The translations under genes were made by a program, and so were the position numbers. From assembly GCA_943356745.1 (NCBI GenBank), contig CALRFT010000005.1:1-54771 (forward strand): 54,771 nucleotides of DNA, written 5' to 3'. Below the pieces are notes generated by a model that was not told the origin of the DNA, did no database searches, and was given only the letters and a program-made list of their open reading frames with translations. Every line of letters begins with the position of its first letter. Position 1 is the stretch's first letter. Source of the stretch: Parcubacteria group bacterium (GTDB lineage Bacteria > Patescibacteriota > Minisyncoccia > Phycocordibacterales > CSBR16-119). Below are positions 8,585-17,870 of the stretch, piece by piece.

Positions 8585-8613
8585 TTGACAGAAATATAGA
8601 AAAATGCTATAAA
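8585..8613 (+). promoter_or_regulatory. orphan sigma70-type promoter
   Basis: TTGACA(8585-8590)-17-TATAAA(8608-8613). No downstream plus-strand ORF. Confidence 0.5.
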
Positions 8614-8619
8614 CGACAC

Positions 8620-8720
8620 GAAGATTACTCAAGGTTGGCAAAGGTTATTGGTTGACGCCTTGGGTAAGTCGGTTTTTACAGAATAGGGAAAGGCCGAAGC
8701 GTAGCTTCGGCCTTTTTTTA
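8620..8720 (+). ncRNA. candidate ~100-nt small RNA (promoter to terminator, no ORF)
   Basis: Runs from the orphan promoter to the hairpin AGGCCGAAGC-GTAG-CTTCGGCCT plus T7. The U-run is much better on the plus strand than on the gltX strand. Confidence 0.35.
8691..8720 (+). terminator. intrinsic terminator (also lies just 3' of gltX on the other strand)
   Basis: AGGCCGAAGC-GTAG-CTTCGGCCT followed by TTTTTTT. Confidence 0.75.
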
Positions 8721-8735
8721 TTTCCCTCAATTAAA

Positions 8736-10055
8736 CTATAGACTCTCTAGTACGGATTGTATTCTTTGAATTGTTTTTTCTTTTCCAATCACACTTGCAA
8801 CAAAAAATGGATTTGGAGATTTATCTTGTCCGGTAAGAGTATATCGAAGTGGCCACAGCACATCACCCTTCCCCACCTCTTCAGCATAATCCCAAACTAA
8901 ATTTTTTACAGATTCTTCAGTTTCAAAATCAGAATCTTCTGCCTTGTTACATAATTCCAAAACATGAGAAAGATGTTTTTTTGCATCTTCCAAGGTTGAT
9001 TGTTTCCAAATTATTTTTGATAGATCTGTGATTTTTGGATTTTCGATATAGTATGAAAATTCTCCAGCCTGATACATATCAACAATTTCCTTTCCATACG
9101 AAACTCGCTCCACCAAAAGAGTTCTTATCTTAAGATACAGTTCCTCAGAAATTTCTTGAGGTAGGAATTTTTTGAAATATATATCGAGCTCGCCATCTGA
9201 AAGTTTTTTCAAATGTTCTTTGTTGATCCAGAAAAGTTTTTGAATATTGTACACACTTCCCTTTTTCTGAACCTTGTCGAGAGAAAAAGCTTGTACGAGT
9301 TCTTCTTTGGTAAATATCTCTCTTTCGTCTCCCGGATTCCAGCCAATCATCGCCATGAAGTTGATGAGCGCATCAGGCAAAATTCCCATTTCTCGATACT
9401 CAGTCACAGGATAGACACTTGGATCACGTTTTGACATTTTGCCTCCTCCTTCGCTTAAAATAAGCGGAATATGAGCATATAAAGGACGGGTAAACCCAAG
9501 CGCTTCAAGAATGAGAATCTGCCGCGCTGTATTTGAAATGTGATCTTGCCCACGAATCACATGAGATACCTCTGAAAGACCATCGTCAATCACCACCGTA
9601 AGATGATACAGTGGTGAATTCATATTTCGTGCAATCACAAAATCTCCAAGCTCCTCTGTGTTGAAAGTAATATCTCCGAGAATTAGATCATGGAAAGTTA
9701 CATCAATATTTGGATTTTTGAAACGAATCACCTTTCCGCCTTCGTCTCCTGAAGATTCCTCTGCTTCATATGCATGTCCTGAGAGAATGAGTTTGTTGAT
9801 ATGTTCGATATAGATATCAGTGCGGTCACTTTGTCTATAAAAAGCATCGTGTTCTAAACCGAGCCAAGCAAGCGCCTCAAGCATGTTTTCTTCAAATTCT
9901 TTTTTACTTCTTTCCTTGTCTGTGTCTTCAGAACGTACAATAAATACACCCTCGTTTTGACGAGCAAAGAAATAGTTATATAAAGCTGTTCGAAGTCCTC
10001 CAATGTGGAATTTTCCCGTTGGAGAAGGAGCTATTCTTGTGACAATTTTTGACAT
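8736..10055 (-). CDS. gltX: glutamyl-tRNA synthetase (short form)
   Basis: RIAPSPTGKFHIGGLRTALYNY (HIGH region) and KMSKRD (KMSKS). Confidence 0.92.
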   Translation of the reverse strand: MSKIVTRIAPSPTGKFHIGGLRTALYNYFFARQNEGVFIVRSEDTDKERSKKEFEENMLEALAWLGLEHDAFYRQSDRTDIYIEHINKLILSGHAYEAEESSGDEGGKVIRFKNPNIDVTFHDLILGDITFNTEELGDFVIARNMNSPLYHLTVVIDDGLSEVSHVIRGQDHISNTARQILILEALGFTRPLYAHIPLILSEGGGKMSKRDPSVYPVTEYREMGILPDALINFMAMIGWNPGDEREIFTKEELVQAFSLDKVQKKGSVYNIQKLFWINKEHLKKLSDGELDIYFKKFLPQEISEELYLKIRTLLVERVSYGKEIVDMYQAGEFSYYIENPKITDLSKIIWKQSTLEDAKKHLSHVLELCNKAEDSDFETEESVKNLVWDYAEEVGKGDVLWPLRYTLTGQDKSPNPFFVASVIGKEKTIQRIQSVLESL

Positions 10056-10066
10056 AAATATAAAAG

Positions 10067-11200
10067 TTAGTTTTCGTGCTTAAATCCTATAGAAATAAGT
10101 TCTGAAGCAATGGTTTTTGCGGCATTTCCATACCGAGAAAGTTCTGTTGCTTTCTTCATATTACTCTGTAATTTGCTGTCGTCAATGATTCTTCGAACTT
10201 CTTGAAGAAAGATCTGAGGAGTTAGGTTTTTTTCCTCAATCACAGAAGCTGCTCCAGTTGCACCATAACTAAAGGCATTTTTTCTTTGATGATCACCATT
10301 TGAATCAGTTATTGGTATAACTATTGAGGGAGTTCCCCACCATGCAATTTCTGCAATACTTGAAGCACCTGCTCGACTCACCACAAGAGTTGCCACTCCA
10401 GCACACATTCGAAGAGTAAGAGGATTCAAGTATGGGTATGTATGATATTTTTCTTGCAAATCACTTTGGTTTTCCAGAATAACACTTGCGTGCATTTTGA
10501 TCTCTTCAAAATTCTTCACTCCTGTTTGATGGATAACTTGATACTTCTCCAAGAGATCTGGTAAAACATTCAAGATAGCGTCATTGATAATTTTCGCACC
10601 TTGAGATCCTCCCATGATAAAAATAGTTGGGATTGTCGGGTTTAGTTTAAGATATTCATATGCACCTTCACTGATCGGCTTTTGAAGTTCTCGTCTTACA
10701 AGATGTCCAACAAGGGCAACTTTTTTTGAATCAAAATATTTTGAAGCTTCTTTAAAAGAAATTGCAATTCTATCTGCATATTTTGCAGTCAGTTTTGTTG
10801 TTCGTCCTGGAATTGTATCAGACTCATGAATAACAATTGGAATTCGAAGAACTTTAGCAGCAAGAACAACCGGCACAGCTGCAAAACCTCCTTTACTAAA
10901 CACAACATCAGGATACAAAACAAAAAGTTTATACAAAGCAACAAAAAACCCAAATCCTGTTTTAAAAATATCACTTATGTTTTCCAAAGAAAAATATCTT
11001 CGAAGTTTACCTGCTGGAACTTTTGAAAATGATATTTGGTTATCAAAAAGAGCCTTCTCATCATATTTAGTATGAGCAAAGTAATGTATCTCCATTTGAA
11101 GAATATTTTTTTGTTCAGCAAGCATTCTGAGTTCTTCAGCAACTGCAATGAGAGGATAAAAATGTCCTCCTGAACCTCCTCCTGTAAGTACTATTTTCAT
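10067..11200 (-). CDS. murG: UDP-GlcNAc:lipid I N-acetylglucosaminyltransferase
   Basis: MKIVLTGGGSGGHFYPLIAVAEEL N-terminus, and its position after ftsW. Confidence 0.92.
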   Translation of the reverse strand: MKIVLTGGGSGGHFYPLIAVAEELRMLAEQKNILQMEIHYFAHTKYDEKALFDNQISFSKVPAGKLRRYFSLENISDIFKTGFGFFVALYKLFVLYPDVVFSKGGFAAVPVVLAAKVLRIPIVIHESDTIPGRTTKLTAKYADRIAISFKEASKYFDSKKVALVGHLVRRELQKPISEGAYEYLKLNPTIPTIFIMGGSQGAKIINDAILNVLPDLLEKYQVIHQTGVKNFEEIKMHASVILENQSDLQEKYHTYPYLNPLTLRMCAGVATLVVSRAGASSIAEIAWWGTPSIVIPITDSNGDHQRKNAFSYGATGAASVIEEKNLTPQIFLQEVRRIIDDSKLQSNMKKATELSRYGNAAKTIASELISIGFKHEN

Positions 11201-11205
11201 ATAAA

Positions 11206-12330
11206 TTAGTTCTGCGACACTTGACGCTTTGAGATATTAAGAATAATTCCAACTGAGAATAAGGCAAAAAGTAATGAAGTTCCTCCATGGCTTATAAATA
11301 CAAGCGGAACCCCTGTAAGAGGAAACAACCCAGAAATCGAAGCAATATTGAGAAACGATTGAGCTGTGAGGATTATAACAAGTCCTGTCACAAGAAGTCT
11401 AGAAAATGTATCCGGACTACGACTTGCAATCCGAAGTCCTCTTAATGCAAAAAGGACATAGAGAAGGATTGTAATAAAAGAACCAACAAAACCAAGCTCT
11501 TCACCAATAACTGCGAAGATTGAATCTCCTTGAGGTTCTGGGAGATAGGTAAATTTTTGGATTCCCTGACCAAGTCCTCTTCCCCATACACCCCCCGCAC
11601 CAATTGCGATTTGAGCCTGATTAAGCTGAAAGGACGCTCCACGAGGATCGTGAGAAGGATCAAGAAAGGTTTGAACTCGTTCTCTAACATAGGGCTTAAA
11701 AGCAACTACAAGACTAAACACAAGAACCCCGATAAGCATAAGTCCTGCAATATATTTGTAAGGAATTTTTGCAACAAACATCATTACCATTCCTGTAGAC
11801 ATGAGGAGAATCAAACTTTTTGTATCAGGTTGTTGAACCAAAATAGCAGTAACGATTCCAAAAAGAATAACAAATGGAATGACTATTTTTTTAACATGAT
11901 CTATATTTTCTTTTGGTTTTATCCACGCAATCCAAGCAGAGAAATATATAATGAAAGCAATTTTAAGAAACTCTACCGGTTGAAAAGAAAGCGGTCCAAA
12001 ACTGAGCCAACGTGTCGCACCTCCATGAGAAAATCCAAGTCCAGGAACAAACACAAGAGCAATTAAAATAATTCCAGCAATAAACAAATAAAATGCATAT
12101 TTTCTCCAAAATTCATATGGAATTTTATAAGCAACCCACATTGCAAATGAACCCCCGATCAAACCGAGAGCTATTTGATTGAAAAGAATTCCTGAAAACT
12201 TTGCTTGATCTTTTGCGAGAACTCCAAAAGAAGCCGAAAGAAACATAATAAGCCCAAAAACAACCAGAGCAATCACTATGCCCAGAAAAAAAGTATCTAT
12301 GCTTTTTTCTTTTTTGGTAATTAAAGACAT
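11206..12330 (-). CDS. ftsW: SEDS-family peptidoglycan glycosyltransferase FtsW/RodA
   Basis: Ten-TM SEDS pattern (...LPEPQGDSIFAVIGEELGF...). Sits between mraY and murG. Confidence 0.88.
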   Translation of the reverse strand: MSLITKKEKSIDTFFLGIVIALVVFGLIMFLSASFGVLAKDQAKFSGILFNQIALGLIGGSFAMWVAYKIPYEFWRKYAFYLFIAGIILIALVFVPGLGFSHGGATRWLSFGPLSFQPVEFLKIAFIIYFSAWIAWIKPKENIDHVKKIVIPFVILFGIVTAILVQQPDTKSLILLMSTGMVMMFVAKIPYKYIAGLMLIGVLVFSLVVAFKPYVRERVQTFLDPSHDPRGASFQLNQAQIAIGAGGVWGRGLGQGIQKFTYLPEPQGDSIFAVIGEELGFVGSFITILLYVLFALRGLRIASRSPDTFSRLLVTGLVIILTAQSFLNIASISGLFPLTGVPLVFISHGGTSLLFALFSVGIILNISKRQVSQN

Positions 12331-12333
12331 ATA

Positions 12334-13431
12334 TTAAAAGAGTGAAATAATAACTCCTGCAACTGCAAAGAAAATAGAAATAATCCAATAACGCATAGTA
12401 ATTTTTGGTCGTGACCATCCTATTGCTTCAAAGTGGTGGTGGATAGGTGCAACGCGAAATACCTTTCCTTCTGGTCCACGAATCTTCTTTGAAACAATTT
12501 GTATAAAAGAAGATAGTGAAGTAATCACAAGTGGGAAACCGATAATTGGAAGGAGGAGGACTGAATCTGTAAGAAACGCAACCACAGCAAGAGAAAGCGT
12601 CAGCCCAAGCATTCCTGTTTCTCCAAGATAAAATCGTGCCGGTGGAACATTGAACCACAAGAACACAAGAAGTGCAGCGGTAACAACAGCGCAAAATACA
12701 GCAAGGTCAATCTGGTTATTAAAATATGAAATCAAACTATATGCAGAAAAAATACTTGCCATTACACCCCCAGCAAGTCCATCAATTCCGTCAATTACTC
12801 CAGAAGAAAAAGTTCCCATAGTAACAATGATAAAGACTGGAACAATAAGCCAACCAAATTCAATTCTCCATTCCGAAAAAGGAATTGCGATTGATGTAAT
12901 TCCAAGTTTTGTAAAAAACCATACACCAAAGATTGTTCCCAAAATAACAATAAGCCCAATCATATAGTTTCGAGGTAGTCCATTTACGAAAGTTCCTTGT
13001 GGCGCACGAATAGTTAAGAAATCATCAACAAGACCAACAACCCCGCCCATGATTAAGGCAATGAAAGGAAGCAATGTTTGATTCTTACTTACGAATTCAA
13101 GTTTTGATGTTGTTTCGTTTGGAAAAATAACAAATGCAACAAACATAAGGAAACTTGTGAGAAGAACAGAAGCCCACACAACAATACCACCAACTCTTGG
13201 TGTTCTTATTTCTTCTTGTTCGTTAGTTATTTTTTGAAACTCTTTTGAAATTGCATCTGGATGCATCTTTCCTTTTTCATCAAGTACGTGATCCGCTCCG
13301 TTTTTTCGAGCTGATCTTTTCCAAAGTTTATATTTATACATCCAATTTGTAAGAATTGGAGTGATCATCATACCAACAAAAAAAGTAACAATAATTGGTA
13401 GGAAAAGTTTTATAAGATTAAGACTCATCAT
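12334..13431 (-). CDS. mraY: phospho-N-acetylmuramoyl-pentapeptide transferase
   Basis: Polytopic protein with GLVDDFL, GVIDGIDGLAGG and APIHHHFE motifs. Confidence 0.92.
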   Translation of the reverse strand: MMSLNLIKLFLPIIVTFFVGMMITPILTNWMYKYKLWKRSARKNGADHVLDEKGKMHPDAISKEFQKITNEQEEIRTPRVGGIVVWASVLLTSFLMFVAFVIFPNETTSKLEFVSKNQTLLPFIALIMGGVVGLVDDFLTIRAPQGTFVNGLPRNYMIGLIVILGTIFGVWFFTKLGITSIAIPFSEWRIEFGWLIVPVFIIVTMGTFSSGVIDGIDGLAGGVMASIFSAYSLISYFNNQIDLAVFCAVVTAALLVFLWFNVPPARFYLGETGMLGLTLSLAVVAFLTDSVLLLPIIGFPLVITSLSSFIQIVSKKIRGPEGKVFRVAPIHHHFEAIGWSRPKITMRYWIISIFFAVAGVIISLF

Positions 13432-14354
13432 ATAGTATTTTCTTGATTTGCTAATTCAATAATTTTTTCTACATCTTCAAATCTTCCACCTCGAGAAGAA
13501 TGAAGCACTGTTACAATATGCGGAACATTTTGTATATTCACAATAATCGAAAGATTTCCTCCTGCGGTGTTTGTGTAGCCTGTTTTCGAGCTAATGATTC
13601 CCGGCATACTATGAAGCGCAATGTTCGTATTTTCTGCTGTGTGAATCTTTGTATCTGTTTCAAAACTTATCTTTGCTTCCTTTGTCTGAATAAAGATTTC
13701 CGGATACGCTTTGTAAGTCAAATTGAAAAGTTTTGTAATTTCTTCCGCGCTTCCAACCGCACCTGGGATTGTTTCGTTTGTATCAACATCAAGCCCTGAA
13801 GCATTTTCGAATGACAGTGTTTCAAAACCAAGTTCCCTTGCCTGTTTTGTCATGTATTCAGGAAGAGAAATTCCATCAGTATATTTCTCAGCCTCTCGTT
13901 CGATTGCAAGCGCTGCATCGTTTGATGAAGATACGAGCATGAAGATAAGTAAATCTTTTAAATTCCAAACCTCGCCAACAATCAACCCGTGATCACCTGC
14001 GCCTCGCAAATCACTTTCTGTAATAGTTATCTTTGCATCTTCCGGAAAGAGAGAAAGTGCTGTGTATGTTGTCATTATTTTTGTTAATGAAGCAAGTGGA
14101 AGAATTTGATTTGCATTTTTTTGATAGACTGCTTTTCCTGTTTCCAGATTTTCAATATATGCGACATCAGCTTCAAGAATCGCGTTTTCAAATGAGGAAT
14201 GTGAGAAAGAAAATGATTCTGTAGCGGATGCTTGCAAAACTTCAGTTTCTTTTGATTTTTGCGGAACTGAAACAATAGAAAATATAATTGCAAGAAATAT
14301 AATTGCAAGAAATAATCCTCCCTTATTTGATATTGTCGGTGTTGTATCTGACAT
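13428..14354 (-). CDS. D-alanyl-D-alanine carboxypeptidase (S11 low-MW PBP)
   Basis: SxxK (SLTKIMT), SxN (SSSNDA) and KTG (KTGYT) motifs. 4-nt overlap with mraY. Confidence 0.85.
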   Translation of the reverse strand: MSDTTPTISNKGGLFLAIIFLAIIFSIVSVPQKSKETEVLQASATESFSFSHSSFENAILEADVAYIENLETGKAVYQKNANQILPLASLTKIMTTYTALSLFPEDAKITITESDLRGAGDHGLIVGEVWNLKDLLIFMLVSSSNDAALAIEREAEKYTDGISLPEYMTKQARELGFETLSFENASGLDVDTNETIPGAVGSAEEITKLFNLTYKAYPEIFIQTKEAKISFETDTKIHTAENTNIALHSMPGIISSKTGYTNTAGGNLSIIVNIQNVPHIVTVLHSSRGGRFEDVEKIIELANQENTI

Positions 14355-14357
14355 GTA

Positions 14358-14942
14358 TTATTCTGATTCTTTTTGTTCGCCTAATAAATTCTCAACTTTT
14401 TCTTCAAGAAGTTTTTTAATTCTTTCAAAATCAGGAAGATCTTTTGTTTCTGAAACTCCAAGATATGCAAGAAGTTCATGACTACCAGTATAGATAAAAG
14501 TTCGCGCGTCACTCGGGTGAGGTTTTCGAAGTATAAGACCTCGCATAAGAAGATTTCTTAAAATAAAACTTGAGTTTACTCCTCGAATAAAATCAATATC
14601 TCCTCGAGTTACATTATCTTTATAGAGGATGATTGAAAGTGTTTCAAGGGCTGGCTTTGTAAGTTCTTTTGTCAGTTCGTCTTTTCGGATTTTTTCAATC
14701 ACAGAGTGGGATTCTGGATGTGTTACAAGTTGAACTTCCCCATCGTGAATCACAAGTGAAAGACCTGTTGAGCTGAGCTCTTGTTTAAGTTCTTGCACCA
14801 GAGATTCAATACTGCTTATTTCAACTTCAAACAAACTTGCAAGACGTTTGAAAGAAACAGGTTCTGCAAGATAGAACAAAACAGCTTGAATGTTTTGTTT
14901 TGTGACAGAAATATTTGATTGTGTTGTTTGTTGTTCTTCCAT
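14358..14942 (-). CDS. scpB: segregation and condensation protein B
   Basis: Tandem winged-helix pattern (IQAVLFYLAEPVSFKRLASLF...; ETLSIILYKDNVTRGDIDFIRG). Confidence 0.85.
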   Translation of the reverse strand: MEEQQTTQSNISVTKQNIQAVLFYLAEPVSFKRLASLFEVEISSIESLVQELKQELSSTGLSLVIHDGEVQLVTHPESHSVIEKIRKDELTKELTKPALETLSIILYKDNVTRGDIDFIRGVNSSFILRNLLMRGLILRKPHPSDARTFIYTGSHELLAYLGVSETKDLPDFERIKKLLEEKVENLLGEQKESE

Positions 14943-14944
14943 AT

Positions 14945-15700
14945 TTAGTCTTGATAATTTTCGTTATTAAAACCTTGTTCAATTTCAATATCTCCATGTC
15001 TTTCTCCTTGGTTTGCTTGCACAATTCCTTGTCGCACCAATTCAAGAAGTGCTAGAAAACTTACAATCACATGAACTTTCTTTCCTTGATCTGTTTCTTT
15101 GTGTGAAGCATCAGAAAACTGATTAAATGACATTTTCATTGATCTTTGAATTCTATCCGTAAGAGAAGAAATCATATCTTCAAGAGAAATAACCTTTTCA
15201 ATATACACTTCTGGTTTTTTACTTTGAGGTTCTGGAATCGCTCGGAGAATATCGAGAATATTGTCATGAGGTGAATCTTTTGTGATTTGCTTATCTGGAC
15301 TGAAAATGACTTCTTTAAGAGGTTTTGCAGTTCTTCCATATGAAGGACATTTCAAAAACAAAGGACCAATGTGCACCTGCGAAGCTTCTTGAATTGTTTT
15401 GTAAAAGAAAAGACGAAGCTCGAGTTTTTTGATATCTTCTTCTTCGTCTTGCGTGAGCTCAAGTGTTGGCAGAAGTGATTTTGATTTAATCAAAAGAAGC
15501 GTCGAAGCAACAGCGATGAACGAGGCTCTTGAGTGAATTGAAAGAGAAACGCCTCTTTTGATGTAATTAATATATTCATCCGCAACACTCGCAAGAGAGA
15601 TATCGTTTATGAAAAGTTTTCTTTTTTGAATCAAGTGCAAAAGCAAAGGAAGCGGTCCTTCAAAAACCTCTGTTTTAATGCTAAACACTTCTGTTTCCAT
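14945..15700 (-). CDS. scpA: segregation and condensation protein A (kleisin)
   Basis: METEVFSIKTEVFEGPLPLLLHLIQKRKL is the ScpA N-terminal signature. The ATG at 15700 was chosen because TACAAT sits 6 nt upstream. Alternative ATG at 15727. Confidence 0.85.
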   Translation of the reverse strand: METEVFSIKTEVFEGPLPLLLHLIQKRKLFINDISLASVADEYINYIKRGVSLSIHSRASFIAVASTLLLIKSKSLLPTLELTQDEEEDIKKLELRLFFYKTIQEASQVHIGPLFLKCPSYGRTAKPLKEVIFSPDKQITKDSPHDNILDILRAIPEPQSKKPEVYIEKVISLEDMISSLTDRIQRSMKMSFNQFSDASHKETDQGKKVHVIVSFLALLELVRQGIVQANQGERHGDIEIEQGFNNENYQD

Positions 15701-15767
15701 GATTCCATTGTACCCTATTTTAATCATTTCCCTATATATCTTCTTTCCACACAAAGATATATTGCTA

Positions 15768-15796
15768 TTGAATATTTTCTGAAAATTACTTATAAT
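15768..15796 (+). promoter_or_regulatory. sigma70-type promoter
   Basis: TTGAAT-17-TATAAT. Confidence 0.6.
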
Positions 15797-15846
15797 ATGT
15801 TTCTAATAAAAGTTCATTTCATATAAACCATCAAAACCAACCGCCC

Positions 15847-16017
15847 ATGACCGATACAGCACAAGAAGGTGGATCAACACCTAAAAAAGATCAAGCAAAA
15901 GAACCATTTACATTAGACTCAGGCGGAGGTCCAAAAGAAGGTGCTTTCGCCGGACAAGGACATCTCAAAGATAGCCAGGGACTTCCATCAGGAGCTTGGG
16001 AGAAAACAAAAAAATAA
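15847..16017 (+). CDS. 56-aa hydrophilic, Gly/Lys/Gln-rich micro-protein
   Basis: MTDTAQEGGSTPKKDQAKEPFTLDSGGGPKEGAFAGQGHLKDSQGLPSGAWEKTKK. Has its own consensus promoter and terminator. Below the ORF-track cutoff. Confidence 0.45.
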   Translation: MTDTAQEGGSTPKKDQAKEPFTLDSGGGPKEGAFAGQGHLKDSQGLPSGAWEKTKK

Positions 16018-16020
16018 CAA

Positions 16021-16048
16021 AAAGCCGCGACGAAGTCGCGGCTTTCTT
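16021..16048 (+). terminator. intrinsic terminator
   Basis: AAAGCCGCGAC-GAA-GTCGCGGCTTT. The same hairpin recurs at 21978. Confidence 0.8.
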
Positions 16049-16064
16049 ATTACCCCAAAAAGAC

Positions 16065-16093
16065 TTGAAAAAAAATAAAATATGGGTTATATT
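16065..16093 (+). promoter_or_regulatory. sigma70-type promoter
   Basis: TTGAAA-17-TATATT. Confidence 0.6.
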
Positions 16094-16121
16094 GTATCCC
16101 TAAATAAAAGTTATTTAAAAA

Positions 16122-16271
16122 ATGGAAAAGAACGCAGAACTTTTAGAGAAGCCAAAAGAAAAAGAACAAAACACCCAGGGTCAGCAAGGGAGCCAAGGAG
16201 ATCGAGGTCAAGCTCCTGAAACAAACGCCCAAACAACTTACCCGAGATTTTCCGGGTTTGATGGTTTTTAG
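16122..16271 (+). CDS. 49-aa hydrophilic Gln/Gly-rich micro-protein
   Basis: MEKNAELLEKPKEKEQNTQGQQGSQGDRGQAPETNAQTTYPRFSGFDGF, with its own promoter and terminator. Confidence 0.45.
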   Translation: MEKNAELLEKPKEKEQNTQGQQGSQGDRGQAPETNAQTTYPRFSGFDGF

Positions 16272-16285
16272 AAAAGTTTTGTGAA

Positions 16286-16314
16286 AGCCCGTAAGTATAC
16301 CTTACGGGCTTTTT
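16286..16314 (+). terminator. intrinsic terminator
   Basis: AAGCCCGTAAG-TATAC-CTTACGGGCTT followed by TTT. Confidence 0.8.
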
Positions 16315-16444
16315 GTATGATTTTCACAAAAAGAAAAACCCCGCAGACGTTTCCGCAGGGTTTTAAGACGAAAATTAGCTAAAAAACCAAACAAATTCTA
16401 TATATGGTTTAACCTATACCCATATGAGAATTCTTACTATTATC

Positions 16445-17869
16445 TTATAATTCCTTTTTATCTATGTCAACCTTAATAGAAAGTTCTCGAAGCTGAGCGT
16501 TTCCGATTTCACTCGGTGCATCCATCATAATATCTTTTCCGTCTCGAGTCTTTGGAAAAGCAATCACCTCTCGGATATTTGGCTCGTTTTGGAGAATCAT
16601 CATCAAACGGTCAAATCCCCATGCGATTCCTCCGTGTGGTGGAGTTCCTGATGCAAAAGCCCGAAGCATGTGTCCAAAGTTTGCGTCAATTTTCTCGTCA
16701 GTGTGCCCAAGAATCTGAAGAATTGTTCGCAAGATTTTTGGATCGTGAGCTCGGATTGAACCTCCTCCGATTTCAAATCCATTCAAAGTGATGTCGTATT
16801 GAGCAGCAAGAATATCTCCGATATTTTCCTTGTTCATCAAATTTTCAATATGTTCCGGCTTGCAAAGTGAAAATGGATTGTGAGTAAATGTCCATTCACC
16901 TTGTGCTTGTGGGTCGTCTGAAGTTGCAGTTTTTTCAAAGAAAGGAAAATCTACAATCCACAAAAACGCCAAAAGGTTTGGATCATTTTTGTCTTCTCGA
17001 ATATCTGGTCGATCACTTCCATACTTTTCCATCGCATCTTTATATGACATTCTCGGGAAAGGAATCTTTTGAATTTTCTTTTCTGGATACAAAGTCTGTA
17101 CAACCTTGATCAAAAGTTCTTCATTGATTCGCATGATATCTTCTTCTGTCGCAAAAGACATTTCAAAGTCCATTTGAGTAAATTCTGGTTGCCGATCCCC
17201 TCGCCCGTCTTCATCTCGCATACATCGTGCAAATTGGAAATATCGTTCCATCCCAGAAGACATGAGAAGCTGTTTGTATTGTTGTGGTGACTGTGGAAGC
17301 GCAAAAAACTTTCCTGGGTTTGTTCGTGAAGGCACCACGAAGTCTCGAGCTCCTTCTGGAGTACTTTTTGTAAAGATTGGAGTTTCGATTTCTGTGAAGC
17401 CTTGTTCATATAAAGCGTTTCGCACAAGCTGTGCTACCTTTCCTCGCATTCGAAGGTTTGCTTGCATTCTGTCTGTTCGCAAATCCACATATCGATCTCG
17501 CAAACGCACTTCTTCGTTGATATCGATTGAGTTGTTTTCCGAAACTTCAATCGCAGGAGTTTCCGCAGTATTCAAAACCTTGATTCCTGTGATTTCAAGT
17601 TCAATATCTCCGTTCAATACTCCTTCCTTTATCATTTTGTCTGGTCGCTTGTTTACGATTCCTTTCACTTCCACCACAAATTCTGGTCGCAATGTTTTTG
17701 CAATTTCCAAAACTTCTGGCTTTCCAAACACCACTCCTTGCACCTTTCCACTCATATCTCGAAAATCAAAGAAAGCCATCTTTCCCTGATCTCGTGCAAT
17801 ATGTACCCAAGACATAATAGTTACCTCACTTCCAATATGTTGTTGTAAATCTTTAATTAATATTCGCAT
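16445..17869 (-). CDS. aspS: aspartyl-tRNA synthetase, bacterial-type core lacking the GAD insertion domain
   Basis: LPQSPQQYKQLLM, RCMRDEDGRGDRQPEFTQMDFEMSF (motif 2) and GGGSIRAH (motif 3). ...GSDRPDIREDKNDPNLLAFLWIVDFPFFE joins directly where the GAD domain normally sits. Confidence 0.92.
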   Translation of the reverse strand: MRILIKDLQQHIGSEVTIMSWVHIARDQGKMAFFDFRDMSGKVQGVVFGKPEVLEIAKTLRPEFVVEVKGIVNKRPDKMIKEGVLNGDIELEITGIKVLNTAETPAIEVSENNSIDINEEVRLRDRYVDLRTDRMQANLRMRGKVAQLVRNALYEQGFTEIETPIFTKSTPEGARDFVVPSRTNPGKFFALPQSPQQYKQLLMSSGMERYFQFARCMRDEDGRGDRQPEFTQMDFEMSFATEEDIMRINEELLIKVVQTLYPEKKIQKIPFPRMSYKDAMEKYGSDRPDIREDKNDPNLLAFLWIVDFPFFEKTATSDDPQAQGEWTFTHNPFSLCKPEHIENLMNKENIGDILAAQYDITLNGFEIGGGSIRAHDPKILRTILQILGHTDEKIDANFGHMLRAFASGTPPHGGIAWGFDRLMMILQNEPNIREVIAFPKTRDGKDIMMDAPSEIGNAQLRELSIKVDIDKKEL

Positions 17870-17870
17870 G

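Noticed and set aside
11530-12066. Long antisense or off-frame ORFs inside well-supported genes. Others include 287..526, 1564..1821, 3152..3418, 12650..12967, 13500..13992, 17262..17789, 26806..27201, 31819..32298, 37668..37955, 42243..42616, 50347..50676 and 51422..51766.
   Set aside because: Each lies entirely within, and opposite or out of frame to, a gene with clear family motifs. None has its own promoter or terminator. Their compositions are typical of shadow ORFs.
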